DNA of 64,000 bases from Lama guanicoe. Lineage: Eukaryota. This document shows positions 51,991-63,727 of the stretch, piece by piece. Location: the NCBI GenBank assembly GCA_013239625.1, contig MU054001.1, forward strand, positions 995,884 through 1,059,883, given 5' to 3'. The first letter of the stretch is position 1, and every line of letters begins with the position of its first letter. A program made the translations under genes and the position numbers. The notes under the pieces are model-generated. The model saw only the letters and a list, made by a program, of their open reading frames with translations. It searched no databases and was not told where the DNA came from.

Positions 51991-52343
51991 GTCTGGAGAG
52001 AATCCAAGATGAATTCTTCAAAAAGGGATCCTCTTAGAAGCCTACGAGGGTGGGGATGGGAGGGGGTCCCAAGCAGGAAGAAAGCGCCTGGGCTTTGAGA
52101 AGAGCCATACAGAAAGGACCAAAAATTGAAGTATAGTCAGTTACCAGCAGGGAAAGGGGGTGGGGAGGGATAAATTAGAATCTATGCTCTTAAGCACTGC
52201 ACCACACTACGTCTGGAGAGAATCCAAGATGAATTCTTCAAAAAGGGATCCTCTTAGAAGCCTACGAGGGTGGGGATGGGAGGGGGTCCCAAGCAGGAAG
52301 AAAGCGCCTGGGCTTTGAGAAGAGCCATACAGAAAGGACCAAA
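51904..52343. repeat. Tandem duplication, 2 x 220 bp, one mismatch
   Basis: 51904-52123 equals 52124-52343 except a51945 vs g52165. Confidence 0.97.
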
Positions 52344-52359
52344 AGCCCAGGGGTTTCAG

Positions 52360-52752
52360 TGGGGCACAGACATTACTATTGCCACCAGGACCTACTTCTC
52401 TCTTACTTCTGGACACGGGAAGGATTATAATTCCCTGCCTCTAGGACTAGTCATGGCCAGTGAGATGTGAGTCAGCTCAACTCTCTAGCCATCTCTTCCC
52501 CTGGCATGCAGAACCCTAGAAGCTTCCTGTGAAGATGCCAGTGGCATAAGTTGAGCCCCTCCCCTAGCCCAAGTCCCTGAGTGACAGACCCCATGAAGCA
52601 GTGTCCGCCCTCCTCCCCACCCCCAGCTTCCACACGAAGCCATGTTGGACGTAAAGTATGAGTGAGTACTAAGCCTTTGCTTGAAGCCAGTGACAGGTGA
52701 CACTGGGGGCTACTTGTTACTACATTATAACCCAGCCTCTCCTGACTGGTAT
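52360..52752 (+). mobile_element. MLT1-like LTR
   Basis: tggccagtgagatgtga...ctgagtgacagac...aagcctttgcttgaagccagtgac...cttgttactacattataacccagcctctcctgactggtata. Confidence 0.6.
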
Positions 52753-54409
52753 AAATGGACCAGTCATGTGAGAAAAGAGGCCATTTCAGGTCTCTCCTAC
52801 TCTGGCAACCTTTAGAGGTGACATGTGGCAGGGAGTGAGGAGGAGGGGGAGGATTCTCGGAAAGGGCCGGGTCCTGTTACTTAGATTTCAATGGGAATAG
52901 TATGTTCTTTCTGCAGATGAGCAGACAGATCTTTCCAATATGACCGGAACATGATCCAAATGTTAAAATTAGAGACAAAACTTAGCTGCAGAAAAAAACA
53001 TCCCAACATGATCCTTCATTAGACCGAGTTGAAATAGAAACAGCCCCATTGCGTCTGGGGTAACTAACTGGGGAGAGGGAGAGAAGGGGTGGCAGCAACA
53101 TTATGTTCAAATATGGAACTGATTTGGCAGAATTAGGACAAACTGCTACCTCCCCTCCACCACCAGCCTCCCCTGGGTTGAACTTCCTTCTGACCAAAAT
53201 CTGGTGTCCTTTGCCCACCAAGTCTGTTTCACAAATAAATGTCACGTTATATCTTTCAAAACTTAACAACATCCCAGAGATCTGTTGATATCACCATTGG
53301 GAGATACTATTTTGATGCTTATTTCAACCTCCTTAGTGGGGAGAGAGGCCATCCTGGTCTCCCAAGGGTTCCCCAGCATCCTACCGTCAGCCGGGTGAGA
53401 CACCCAGCCCCCTGCTTCCCCACCACAGTCAGGGGCCCTGACCACTGGTACCAAACAGAGCAGCCACACTGTAGAACCACCCAGACATGAAAAATAAGAC
53501 CTGGAAGCTTGATGAAGCTGAAGGGAAGCTGTATTTCAGTTGAACTGAGGTGTGACAGGAGATTCTGGCCAGTGCTGGCCCGTCAAGCCTTTATTTATTT
53601 GGTCCCCATGAGCTGAGCATCAGTGGAGCCACCAACTGCTTCCAGAGGCTGCAAATCCGAGGGAAAGAGAGCTCCCCAAAAAATCCACGCATAGGCAAAG
53701 ACACGAGGTGCCTCATCATTTACTCCCTTTCTATTCCAAATCCTTCTCTGCTTCTGGGTTCAGGGAACAAGAATCTGGGTCTTCCCCTGGTTCACGTTTT
53801 GACCAGAAAAAAAAGCCCAGCTCTGCCTCAGATGGGGGTAAAGGAAAGAAGGCTAGTGTCATCTGAAGACACCCGTGGCTTCTCCGGGGCTTCGGTCTGT
53901 CACACCACAGGCACCTGAGCTGCCCATTCTTTATATTTGTGGCCAAGGAAGCATTTGCTTAAGGAAAATCGAAGCATCCAGAGACTACAGCCAGTATGGT
54001 TGACATGTGTGTCCCCAGCCGTGCCCTGTGCACAGTGGGCCCAGGACACCTTCAAGAATCCAGGTACCACTGGGCATGGCGCAGGTCAGCGCCTGCTCTT
54101 TGGATCGTGTGGAGGCAGCAGTCATAGCCACCTTCTTGGTCCTCATACGGGCATCTTTGGTTAACATCCAGCTCCCCGACCAGCCTTGACTCAACACTGT
54201 TCCCCCAGCCCCGGAGTACTACCTGGATGTGAAATTGGAGACTCAGTTCATTGCATCCTAAAGGTGAAATGACACTGAGACAGGTTGCAGGGGGAGGCTA
54301 GGACTAAAAATAAAAGTCAGTGGTTCCTCATGGGAGTTATTCTGGCTCCCAAGCTATTTTGTTTTCTGAGGCAAAGCTGCCTACAAGGATAACACAATAC
54401 CTAAATCTT

Positions 54410-54900
54410 CATACAATCAATATTTATTAAGCACTTGCTGTATGCCCGGCACTGTGCTGAGAGTTGTTAGAAACCACCAAACAGACTGGGCCCCCATCTA
54501 GGCTATCTGGGGAGGCTGTTATTAATCAGAGAATCATACCAGTGAGATAAATACATAATTAAAAGCCAAGGCCTGTGCTATGAATAAATGAAGAACATGA
54601 TGTAATTAAAAATGGAAAATGAGACACAGGTTTTAGGTGGTTGAGGGAGAGGGCATCAAGGAAGGTCCCTCTGCTGAGGAAGTGACATTTAGTAGGAAGC
54701 CAGGCAAGGTTGGACTGAAGAGCATTTTAGGCCGAGAGATCAGCTTGCATGAAGATTCTGACATTAGAAAACACCTGAGACTTTAGAGCAAGAGAGAGAA
54801 GGCCTGTTGTGGCTGAACAAGTTGCTGCGTTGGGAGAGAGAGATTGCAGGTGAGGCCATCTGAGGGACCTAGATATGCAGCGGTCATAGAAAGTATGTCT
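54410..54900 (-). mobile_element. L2 LINE 3' fragment
   Basis: caatatttattaagcacttgctgtatgcccggcactgtgctg...ctgaggaagtgacattt...gtggctgaac. Confidence 0.75.
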
Positions 54901-55329
54901 GGACCGTAGCCACCATGGCCCAAAGTAGGGCAGGCCCCAGAACCCCGCAGTGACCTCAAAGGGAGCCTGTGTAGCTGCCCGAGCGAATGTTTCTTGGGGC
55001 TTATGTATCCACTGGGCTCCTGCTGAGTGCCTCAAGCCAATCCATTTACTCCTCACCAGACATAAGTTGAACACATATTCCAGACCACGAGATTCAACAG
55101 TGAATAAGGCATAGCCCCTGCCTTCAGATAGCTCCTCAGCTGTAGTAGAAATTTTGTTCCAAATTCAAATAGTTATAAGACAGTGTGTTAAGTGTGACCA
55201 TCAGGATAGCTCAGCTTGGAAGAAATCATGGATGTCTTCCTGGAGGTGGAAACATGTCCACATTTTGGAATTTGTTAAGGGGAAGAAAAGGCCATTCCAG
55301 GCAGAGGGTATAAAGCATTTATAGGCAAT

Positions 55330-55510
55330 GGCACTTCAGTCCTAATCTGTAGTTCATAGTCTATCACACATGAGAGTGACCTGGAAAGCTTGGAAAAATT
55401 GGGATATGCAGGCTCTGCCCTCCAGAGATTCTGATTTAATTAGCCGGGGTGGTGAGGGGGAGTGGAGCCTGGATGATTCTCAAGTGCAGCCAGGTTTCAG
55501 AACCCTGTCC
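55330..55510. mobile_element. MER5-like (hAT-Charlie) MITE
   Basis: gacctggaaagctt...ccctccagagattctgatttaatt...gatgattctcaagtgcagccaggtttcagaacc. Confidence 0.7.
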
Positions 55511-56159
55511 CTGTTAGTTGTTAGTCACAATAAGAAGTTTGGAAGCCGTTGCCCATTTGTCACCCAAGAGGCCTGTTATTTTGCTACCAGGATGTTTGGG
55601 ATCTGCCCCCAAAGTCCAGAGCAGCCATGGGGTAACCTCAGGACAACCACTCCCTATGCCCCAGCCTGGGCAGGACAGTTCGCTCAACCATCTCATCAGT
55701 CATGACGAAGAATTTCTGGCTGGGGCAGTGGAAAGTGAAGGCAGTCCAAGGCAAAGAGTAGGGGGAGGCAGGAGGTGGGCAGGAGGGGTGCACAGCCTCT
55801 GCTATACTGTGGGTCTCGGGCCCCCGCGCTGGCCTTCCAGGCTGCAGGTGCCCACCTGGAAACCGGACTCAGGTACCGATGCCCCAGCATCAGGCATTCC
55901 TGCTCCAGATTCACCATTTTGCCCTGTCCATGGACTGTTATTTTACCTACTGTTTCTTATGGCTTAGTTAAATGTATTTCAAAAGAAAACTTTGTATCAC
56001 ATGGATATTTGGAAATGGAAAGCCAGTATTCTTTGTCCTCAATAAAAGGCAAACTTAAGAGTAAATCTGACATTTTAAACTAATGCTATGAATGTCGGCT
56101 TAGATGCTGTTACCTACTGCAACCTCTGTGCCTGAAGCCTGCTCTGTCTTCGTTGGTTT

Positions 56160-56422
56160 TTGGTTTTGGGGTTTGTTTTTTTTTTTGGTGTTTATTGTGG
56201 TAAAATACACATAACATAAATTTTACCATTTTAACCACTTTTACGTGTCCAGTTAGTACAGGGGCATTAAGTGTGCTCTCGTTGTTGGGCACCTATTACC
56301 CACCATTCACCTCTAGAATTTCTTTCATCCCTCCAAACCGAAACTCTGTATCCATTAAACAGTAATCCCCATTCATTCCTCCTCCCAGCCCCTGGCAACC
56401 ACCATTTTATTTTCCGTCTCTA
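56160..56422 (-). mobile_element. L1MA/MB-like 3' end
   Basis: tttattgtggtaaaatacacataacataaattttaccattttaacc...gaaactctgtatccattaaac...cccagcccctggcaaccaccatt. Confidence 0.85.
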
Positions 56423-56438
56423 TAATCTGTCTTTGTTT

Positions 56439-56780
56439 TTTGGTGGTTTTTTTTCATTGAAGTACAGTCAGTTACAATGTGTCAGTTTCTTGTGTACAGC
56501 ACAATGTCCCAGTCATGCATATGCATACATGTATTTGTTTTCATATTTTTTTCATTAAAGGTTATTACAAGGTATTGAACATAGTTTCCTGTGCTTTACA
56601 GAAGAATTCTTTTAAATCTATGTTTATATATAGTGGCTAACATTAGTAAATCTCAAACTGACTGGATAAAGAAGTTGTGGTACACTTATACAATGGAATA
56701 CTACTCAGCCATTGAAAAGAATAAAATGATGCCATTTGCAGCAACATGGATGGACCTAGAGATGGTCATTCTAAATGAAG
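56439..56780 (-). mobile_element. Young 5'-inverted (twin-primed) L1 with perfect 16-bp TSD
   Basis: Minus-strand 3'UTR (ttgaagtacagtcagttacaatgtgtc...) to about 56659, then plus-strand ORF2 end encoding DWIKKLWYTYTMEYYSAIEKNKMMPFAATWMDLE; TSD taatctgtctttgttt at 56423-56438 and 56781-56796. Confidence 0.9.
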
Positions 56781-58674
56781 TAATCTGTCTTTGTTTAAAA
56801 GGAGATTTAAAAAGAGTTGGGAAAGTGTTAAGGGCATATTAGCATCAAATTGAGACACTCCTTTTCACTTAATTATTATTGAAAGAGGGTTGAAAGACAA
56901 CAGTTCACTCTCTGGAATTCTACATCACAGTGTCACCCAGTGCCTCTCCGTGCCTGGCCTGGACCCTTGGTATTCACCCCACTGGTTGTGGACACTGTGT
57001 GTGATCCCTGGGTTTCTCTTCCAGCAACGTGGCCTTCCGGCAAGCACATGATAAAATTGGAATCTAACACACTGGAGAGCAAAGGGATGAGAACTGTCCC
57101 CCTAGAGGAACCGTGATTTCCTTTCCTGCTCCGAACAATGCTGAGAAAAATTATTCCCATTTTCCCAAAGAGGAAACTCTAGCTCATCAAGACAGTCATT
57201 TACCCACAGTGACATAAGGAGCCCATGCCAGGGCTTTCTGAGCCAACGATAAGCCTCTGTCCTTTCCACCCCACCATACTGATCTCCATAGGCAAGTTTC
57301 AAGAGAAAGCCAGCCCGAGAATGTGAACAATGACAGGGACCATCAGCAGAGTGGCGGCTGGGAGGCTCTGTAAACTCAGTCCGCACTCAGCCAGAGGACT
57401 CCTAACCTGCTCATCATCGTCAATCAGATGGGTGCACGCCTGGATAAGCCTCTTCCCAGTGCATAAGTAGTGCTGTCACTCTCTGGCCATGGGGCCACCA
57501 AGCTGGCCCTTTAATAAATGCACACAGGAGAAGCTGGCGTTCAGAGGATGCGCCCCCACTACACATGGTAGGGGGAGGGAGCCCCCAGCTCCCTCCTAGG
57601 CCTTCACCCTGGCAGACAGCTGTGCATACTCACTCTGCATTTGGGCCTTTCAGCCCTGCAGGATTCTGATGCAAATGGATTTGACGCAAACACAGAGCAG
57701 CTCCCTCCCAGCTGAGTGCCCCAGTTGGCTGCCAGTTTCCAGCATCCTCCCTGGATTGCTTACCAACAGCTTTTGTGTTTGTTTAAATAACAGATAGGTA
57801 GGGACCTCAGTTAAATATCTTCCGAGAGAGGCCAAGATTGGAAGTGTTTCCTTCCCCTTCACCCTCCCCACCCCCCGACAGCAGCTTCTGTGTCTGCAAC
57901 GGCTTCCAGACAGTTCTTTGGCTGGTCTCCATTTATTTGCTAGGTGGAGATGGATCTATATGAATAAAGCTTGCACATTAGTAGGAATCTCATGCATTTC
58001 CAGGCTGAGGGATGCAGCCAGGTACCCAGCCTGACCCTGCAGTCACCTTATTATCGATGCCTTCCCCAGGGTGAGATGGCTTATACGCACTGACCTCAGA
58101 GAACTCACGCACACAAACATCTCAACAAAGAGTTGATCACGTTCTTATTTTTAAAAATCTACCATTGCCTTTCATTCATCTTTTCAGGTAGGAGCTTTCC
58201 TTACTGTAATGAAACTGACTTCTTCAAAATGAGTCTCAGATCTACATTTTGCCCACAAGGGGCTAACCACCAGATATTGAGAGAAAAGTGCTCTCCTCCA
58301 GGCAGTCAGGAGATGATGGGGTGATGAATGCAGCCTTCAGAAGAGGGAACCAGGAGTCAGGCTCCAGCCTGGAGGCCTGGGGTGCCTGGTACAGATGGGG
58401 AATGGGGCTCTCTGTCTGCAGGTGTCTGGGGATTGGGAGAGCCTCCTTCACCCCCATCAGGGGCTGCAGTGGCCACATAACTATGTCCCAGAGCTTAGGA
58501 GCAGGGACCTTGGAGTCAAACAGATCTGAGTCCAAACCAGAGTCCCCTCTCTGGGGCTTCTCTGAGCCTCAGCTCCTTTGTCATCTTGAAGAAGCTTGAG
58601 GCTTCAGAGAATCCATGCAAACCCCTTGTCCCAATTCCTGACATACAGTAATGGCTGGATACCATGGCAGACAC

Positions 58675-59172
58675 TGTAGGATGCCTTCTCCACACCATCC
58701 ATCCTGCCCTCTCTTGCTAGCTGAGAGATCTGATTTTGTTCAGGGTGGCCCTGGGCCCAGCACTCCACCAACCATGGCAGGCCAGCTGCTAGAGAGTTGT
58801 GCTCCCAGCACACCTTGCAGCTAGAGGTGGTCACATGACTTAGATCTGCCCAACGGCACAGAAGGGGTCATGTGCCACCAGCTTCCTGGGAAGCTCTTCC
58901 TGCTCAGCCCCATTCCTTCCCACTTTTAATCTGCCATCTTGTGACCATTTTATGAGTCTAAGAATGAAAGGCCAGCACACTGAGAATAGCATAAGGGAAT
59001 GTAAAAAGAGCCTGGGTCCTCCATGCTATGGTTGGACTCCCTGCCCAAACTGGAAGTGCCCTTCCCCAGACCTCTCGGTGTGCAATATGATTAAATGCTT
59101 GCATTGCTTCAGCCTGTTGGTTGGGTCTTACATTTTATCCTGCTACTTGTAGCCTCAAGCATTCCTAACCAT
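58675..59172 (+). mobile_element. MLT1 (J/K-like) LTR
   Basis: ccttgcagctagaggtggtcacatgact...gccatcttgtgacc...aagagcctgggtcct...ctacttgtagcctcaagcattcctaac. Confidence 0.7.
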
Positions 59173-59599
59173 TGTTCCCAGACCTACCCGTATTTACCTT
59201 CCTGCCTGGGGATCTGGGGAGAACCACAGCAAAATGCATTTCCAAGTAAGATAATCTACATTTTTAAGATAATTATTTTCTTGACTCAGCAGTTTCAGTG
59301 GTTCCAAGATACCAGCTTCAAAACCCAAAGTAATTCCCATCCTGGGCTGTGACAAGAGCCACGTGGGGGAACTGAGCAGAGGTGGGCAAGCTTTGGGTGT
59401 CTGTGGGAAGCTGGCTTCCTCCTCACCACAGTCTACGCCAGATGCTTCTGGTCCAGTGAGTTCGGGCAAGCCCCTGACTCCTCCCTCCATACACCTCTGT
59501 TTCTTTAGCTGTAAAAATGGGAATCATGATACCTACTTACAAAGTTGCTGACAAGACCCTTCTCCAGATAGGGCCCTTCGAAAGCAGAAATCAGCACCC

Positions 59600-60095
59600 T
59601 GTCTACACGCCTGGGTTCAAAGGTCCTCCTCCACCTAGCGCCTGCCGACTTCCTGAGCCTCATCGCTCACAGCTCACACATGCCACTCCAAGCTCAGCCA
59701 CACTGAATTCCCTCAGCTGCTCAGACACCCCATGCTCTTTCTCCTCCATGCTGTCCCCCATGCCTGGAATGCTCATTCTGTGGCCTGTCACCTGGCTGGT
59801 CCCTGCTTCGTTTTAGCCTCGGCTTAAAAGTCATGTGCTCCTGGAAGCTTTCCTTGACCCTGCTCACACATATATGTGCACACACGTGCACGCACACACA
59901 CACACACTCATCCTTTCTAAGGAACTCTGCTCTGTGGTTCCATTATCTGTTGGTCCCATTAGCTGCCTTCCCCACAGCCTGTGAAATGTCTAAGGGCAGG
60001 AACCAGATCCCTCAGGCTCACCACTGAACCCCTAGCATCTAGCACAGGCCTGACACACAGTAGGCACTTTGTAAGTATTTATTAATGGAATGAAC
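59600..60095 (+). mobile_element. L2 3' fragment
   Basis: cagccacactgaattcc...tgcctggaatgctc...gggcaggaacc...atctagcacaggcctgacacacagtaggcact...aatggaatga. Confidence 0.75.
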
Positions 60096-60119
60096 ACTCA
60101 CAGGAAGTAATAAATGGAA

Positions 60120-60335
60120 TTTATTGTATTGTATAGTATATATAGTTAAAATAAACAATGTATAATAAATAAATATACAATAATAAATAAATAATATTTT
60201 ATATATTATTTATTTAAATATAATCATATTATTTATTAAATATAATTATATATTATTTGTTATTTATATATTATACACTATATACATATTATGATATATG
60301 ATACATATTATACATAATTATTATTATATAAAAAG
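60120..60335. repeat. AT-rich low-complexity tract with internal inverted repeat
   Basis: Almost entirely A/T; taaataaataatat (60184-60197) and atattatttattta (60203-60216) are reverse complements. Confidence 0.9.
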
Positions 60336-60394
60336 GAATTTAGCACAGTTGCAGGCACTTGACAGACATGCAGTCAATTCACATCTGCTAAGAG

Positions 60395-60640
60395 ACAGCA
60401 TCTCAGCAGGGGTTAAGCACCCCCCCATGAAGCAGTTCTGCCTGGGTCTCAATTCCAGCTGAGCCACTTATGAGCTGTGTGACCTGGGGGAGTCACTTCA
60501 CCTCTCTGAGTCTCAGTTTCCTCACCTACAAATGAGAATCCTAGTCATAATAACCTTATAGAATTATTATGAGAATTAAACCAGTCGATAAAAATAAAGT
60601 ATCAGTACCTAGTAAGCGTTGGCTATTATTATTATTGTTA
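60395..60640 (+). mobile_element. MIR SINE
   Basis: gcctgggtctcaattccagc...gctgtgtgacctgggg...cacctctctgagtctcagtttcctcac...tagtaagcgttggctattatt. Confidence 0.85.
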
Positions 60641-60849
60641 TCCAAACTATTATTAGGCCAGAGTTAGGCAACTGAGTGCTGGAAAAGGCCAATCCGCCCG
60701 GGACCCCCCAGCCTGGGTTTTCTCCATCACCCAGATTCTGCCACCCCCATTGCTGCCCACTCCGCGCCCCTGACAGTAAGGCCACCTACCCAACCCACGG
60801 TACGCCCTCCGCCCATCCCCAGCCTTCCTGCCTGTCCACCAGCGGTCAC

Positions 60850-61620
60850 AGACACACTCGCCTGATTGATAAAGTCCCTGTCTGGTCATTTACGATCTGG
60901 CTGCTGAAGAGGCAGCTCCTGCCAGCTCGAAAAGCAATTAATCTGCAAACAAGCTGGGCGACAGCAGGCCTGGGCATTGCAGTCTCGGGCCGCGGCCGCT
61001 CCAGAGAGCAGATAAGGCTGCAGCCGGCTATTTATTGTACATTTTAATTAAGTGCTTGTTAACGACAGTTATTTTAACAGTCATAAAATTACTGTTGTAA
61101 TGCATTTTGTTGGAGGGAGAATGGAGGGGCCGCAGGACTTTATGAAAGCAACCACAGATTGCCTTCACTTTAAATCAAAGAATAAATTCTGAAGAGGAGG
61201 GACGGTACTGTGGTCCAGGCCGAGACGCTAATGGTTATTTAATGCCCTCATCAGTGTTTGTAAGTCCCGAGCATACGGCGCGGACACAACAGCCTCCAAA
61301 CCCTCTTTAACACTTATTTGAGATGACAGGAAAAATGAAACCGTTTGTGCTTTCAATGGAAAAGCAATCATTGGTACATTATATTCGCCTTGCCCTATCA
61401 TGCTAATGCATGGTAAAAATGTCACCAAATGTATTTAAGGGCCTGATGGACTGTTACCGTTGGATCCCTGGTACTGGACTGATTAATAAAAATCTTCAAT
61501 TTGTATGTAAATGCAGTGAGGCCTCATATCATCCACATACCTGCACCCAGAGAAAATAATAAACTCAAGTTTAATGCAGCAATTATCAGCATTTATGGAA
61601 CTCTTAAAGCAGTGGCGGCC
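60850..61620. promoter_or_regulatory. Candidate enhancer (PBX-HOX / posterior HOX-CDX motifs)
   Basis: TGATTGAT 60863-60870, TTTACGA 60889-60895, AGATAAG 61010-61016, TTAATTAA 61044-61051, GTCATAAAA 61080-61088; no repeat recognised. Function is inferred. Confidence 0.5.
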
Positions 61621-62179
61621 CTTGGAAGCAGGCGTGGCGGGAGATGCCTGGGGATGGGCAAAGATGCTCCTTCTGGGATGTCTGGGCTTCTCCCAGGGAC
61701 CAGTGTTGGCTACGCTGGTCACGTCTCACCATGGTACCCGGCTCTCAGCTGAGCCAAGTGGAGGGGTGACTTGGGGCTGCTGGCAAAGAGATGTTCCCAG
61801 AGGTGGCTCCCGTCCCACTAATGCCCCCATCTCAGGACATGTGTCTGTGATTTTCCCTACTCTGATTTGGAAGAAATCTACCGTGTGTCAGACCACCTGC
61901 TGGGCCAAGCCACATGTGGCAATAAGAAAGAAAATGTTTGCAGGGACTGGATACCTGGGGACAAATGGCAACAGTGACAAGAACAGCCACTGACCACCTT
62001 GCTCCGTGTCAGGCACAGAGCTAAATACTTTACATATTATCTTAATTCTTCTAATGTCTGTGCCAGAGACTGGCTCACTGTTCACCAGACCCACTTCCTT
62101 TTCCTCTTGGGCACCCAGATAAACTACATTTCCCAGACTCCCTTGCAGTTAAGTGTAGGCACGTGCATTAGTTCAGACT

Positions 62180-62850
62180 GGCTGAGATGTACACATTGTG
62201 ATAGGATTAGACATGCAAGGGTTTTATTGGGGGAGGAGGAAGAAGGAACAGGGAGAGATTTCAGGTCACATGAGGGTCTGACTCTTGTGGGAATAAAGTT
62301 AGGAGAAAAGAGAGACAATACTAGTTATGTGTAGAATTACCTTACTGTGTCTTGGGAGCTTTGGGCTTCTCAAGGTCTATATGGGGCACTTCTTGGCCGC
62401 CCACTTTATTCCAACCCTAGCCATGGAGGCTGGTTCCATTTGGGTTTCCGCCAGCTCCCTGCAGTTACAGGCAGACAGCCCCGACCTTGACTCCCCCATA
62501 TTCCTCTTGCCTCCTATCCTGGGACTCCTCTGACATTGTGGGGCTTCCAGGCACCAGGAACCCAGTATTCGCCAGGCTTGTGCACCCTAAAAATGCTGGG
62601 GACCACTCTTGACCAACAGGTGTGGAAATTGATGGGAAAAAGCTTCCCCTTTCATTTTCCAGGGGGATAGTATTGAGACGCATTCCATAACGCATTCCAG
62701 TGCCGGCTCCCCCCAAAACCTGTACACCCTCTCCCCACCACCCCGCTCCTTATTCTACCCCTGCTCAGTTCTGAGTTCCCAAATAGACTAGTAGCACACC
62801 AGCCTTTGCCTTAGAATCTTCTCTTAGGGGAATCCAGGCAAAGACAAGGT
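62180..62850. mobile_element. ERVL-class LTR fragments (LTR16/LTR33-like)
   Basis: tgcaagggttttattggggg...ggtctgactcttgtgg...; ccagcctttgccttagaatcttctcttaggggaatccaggcaaagaca. Confidence 0.45.
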
Positions 62851-63727
62851 TTTAATCAGAAATAATCAGGTCCCAAAAGGCTAGAGATTTGAACTGGGTT
62901 TTTAAGTAGAAAATAGAAATAGCTTGGCAGAGAGAAATGGGACAAGGAACCCCAGAAAGACAGGGAGAAAAATTAAGCCAAAAGAGAGAGAGAGAGAGAC
63001 AAAGAAAACCCTCAATTTGCCAGTTAGCCCACTGCCTTGCTCTCAGAAAGTTCCAAATTGCCTTTACTTTCTCAGAATTTCAATCAAAGCTATTCCAGAG
63101 GAAGCAATTTCTGCCAGCGCATGGTCTTCCCCACTGCCCAACCCAGGAGAAGCTCTCAAAACTTTAGCTAGAAGAACCCCAGCAGACATCAGCAATTTAA
63201 CTGGGGGAAAGAGAAAAAATCCAATCCACAGGTCATCACAATGTGTTCCATCCGACACAAATGGTTCGCTCACCATTGGGACCCTAATGAGAATGTGGCC
63301 CAGACGTGGCTGGGACTTTGAGACAAAGGAAGAGATGGTCAGGTCTCTACAGCAACCCATACTCACACAAACCAATGGAGCGGCAACAAAAACACATAAG
63401 ATTTCTCCAACGACACACAGACAACAATAAAATAAGACTTTTCCCTCCGATTTCAAAATTAATGAATTTTAAGGATCTCCTGGCTGCCTGAGCCACTCGC
63501 TCTGTCTGACCTTCTCACACTGCTGGCCTTTCTCTCCAGGATGGAGTGAGGACAGGTCTTGGCTATGTGTGCCCACTGCCATTGGTCACCACCAGTGTCA
63601 CCATGCCACAAATTCAGGGCATAAGAGAGATGACTGGGGCAACCACAGCCCCCAGATTAGCAACAAATGGACCCAAGGGAAACTGGGTCCTGTCATCTCT
63701 TTCCTGGGACAAAAGGGGAGCAACATT

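Noticed and set aside
56591..56842. 83-aa ORF with real protein similarity
   Set aside because: The similarity is to the L1 ORF2 C-terminus inside a truncated, inverted L1, so it is not a host gene.
61888..61908. CTCF-like motif (ccagcaggtggtc on the minus strand)
   Set aside because: Imperfect match, expected by chance at this window size.
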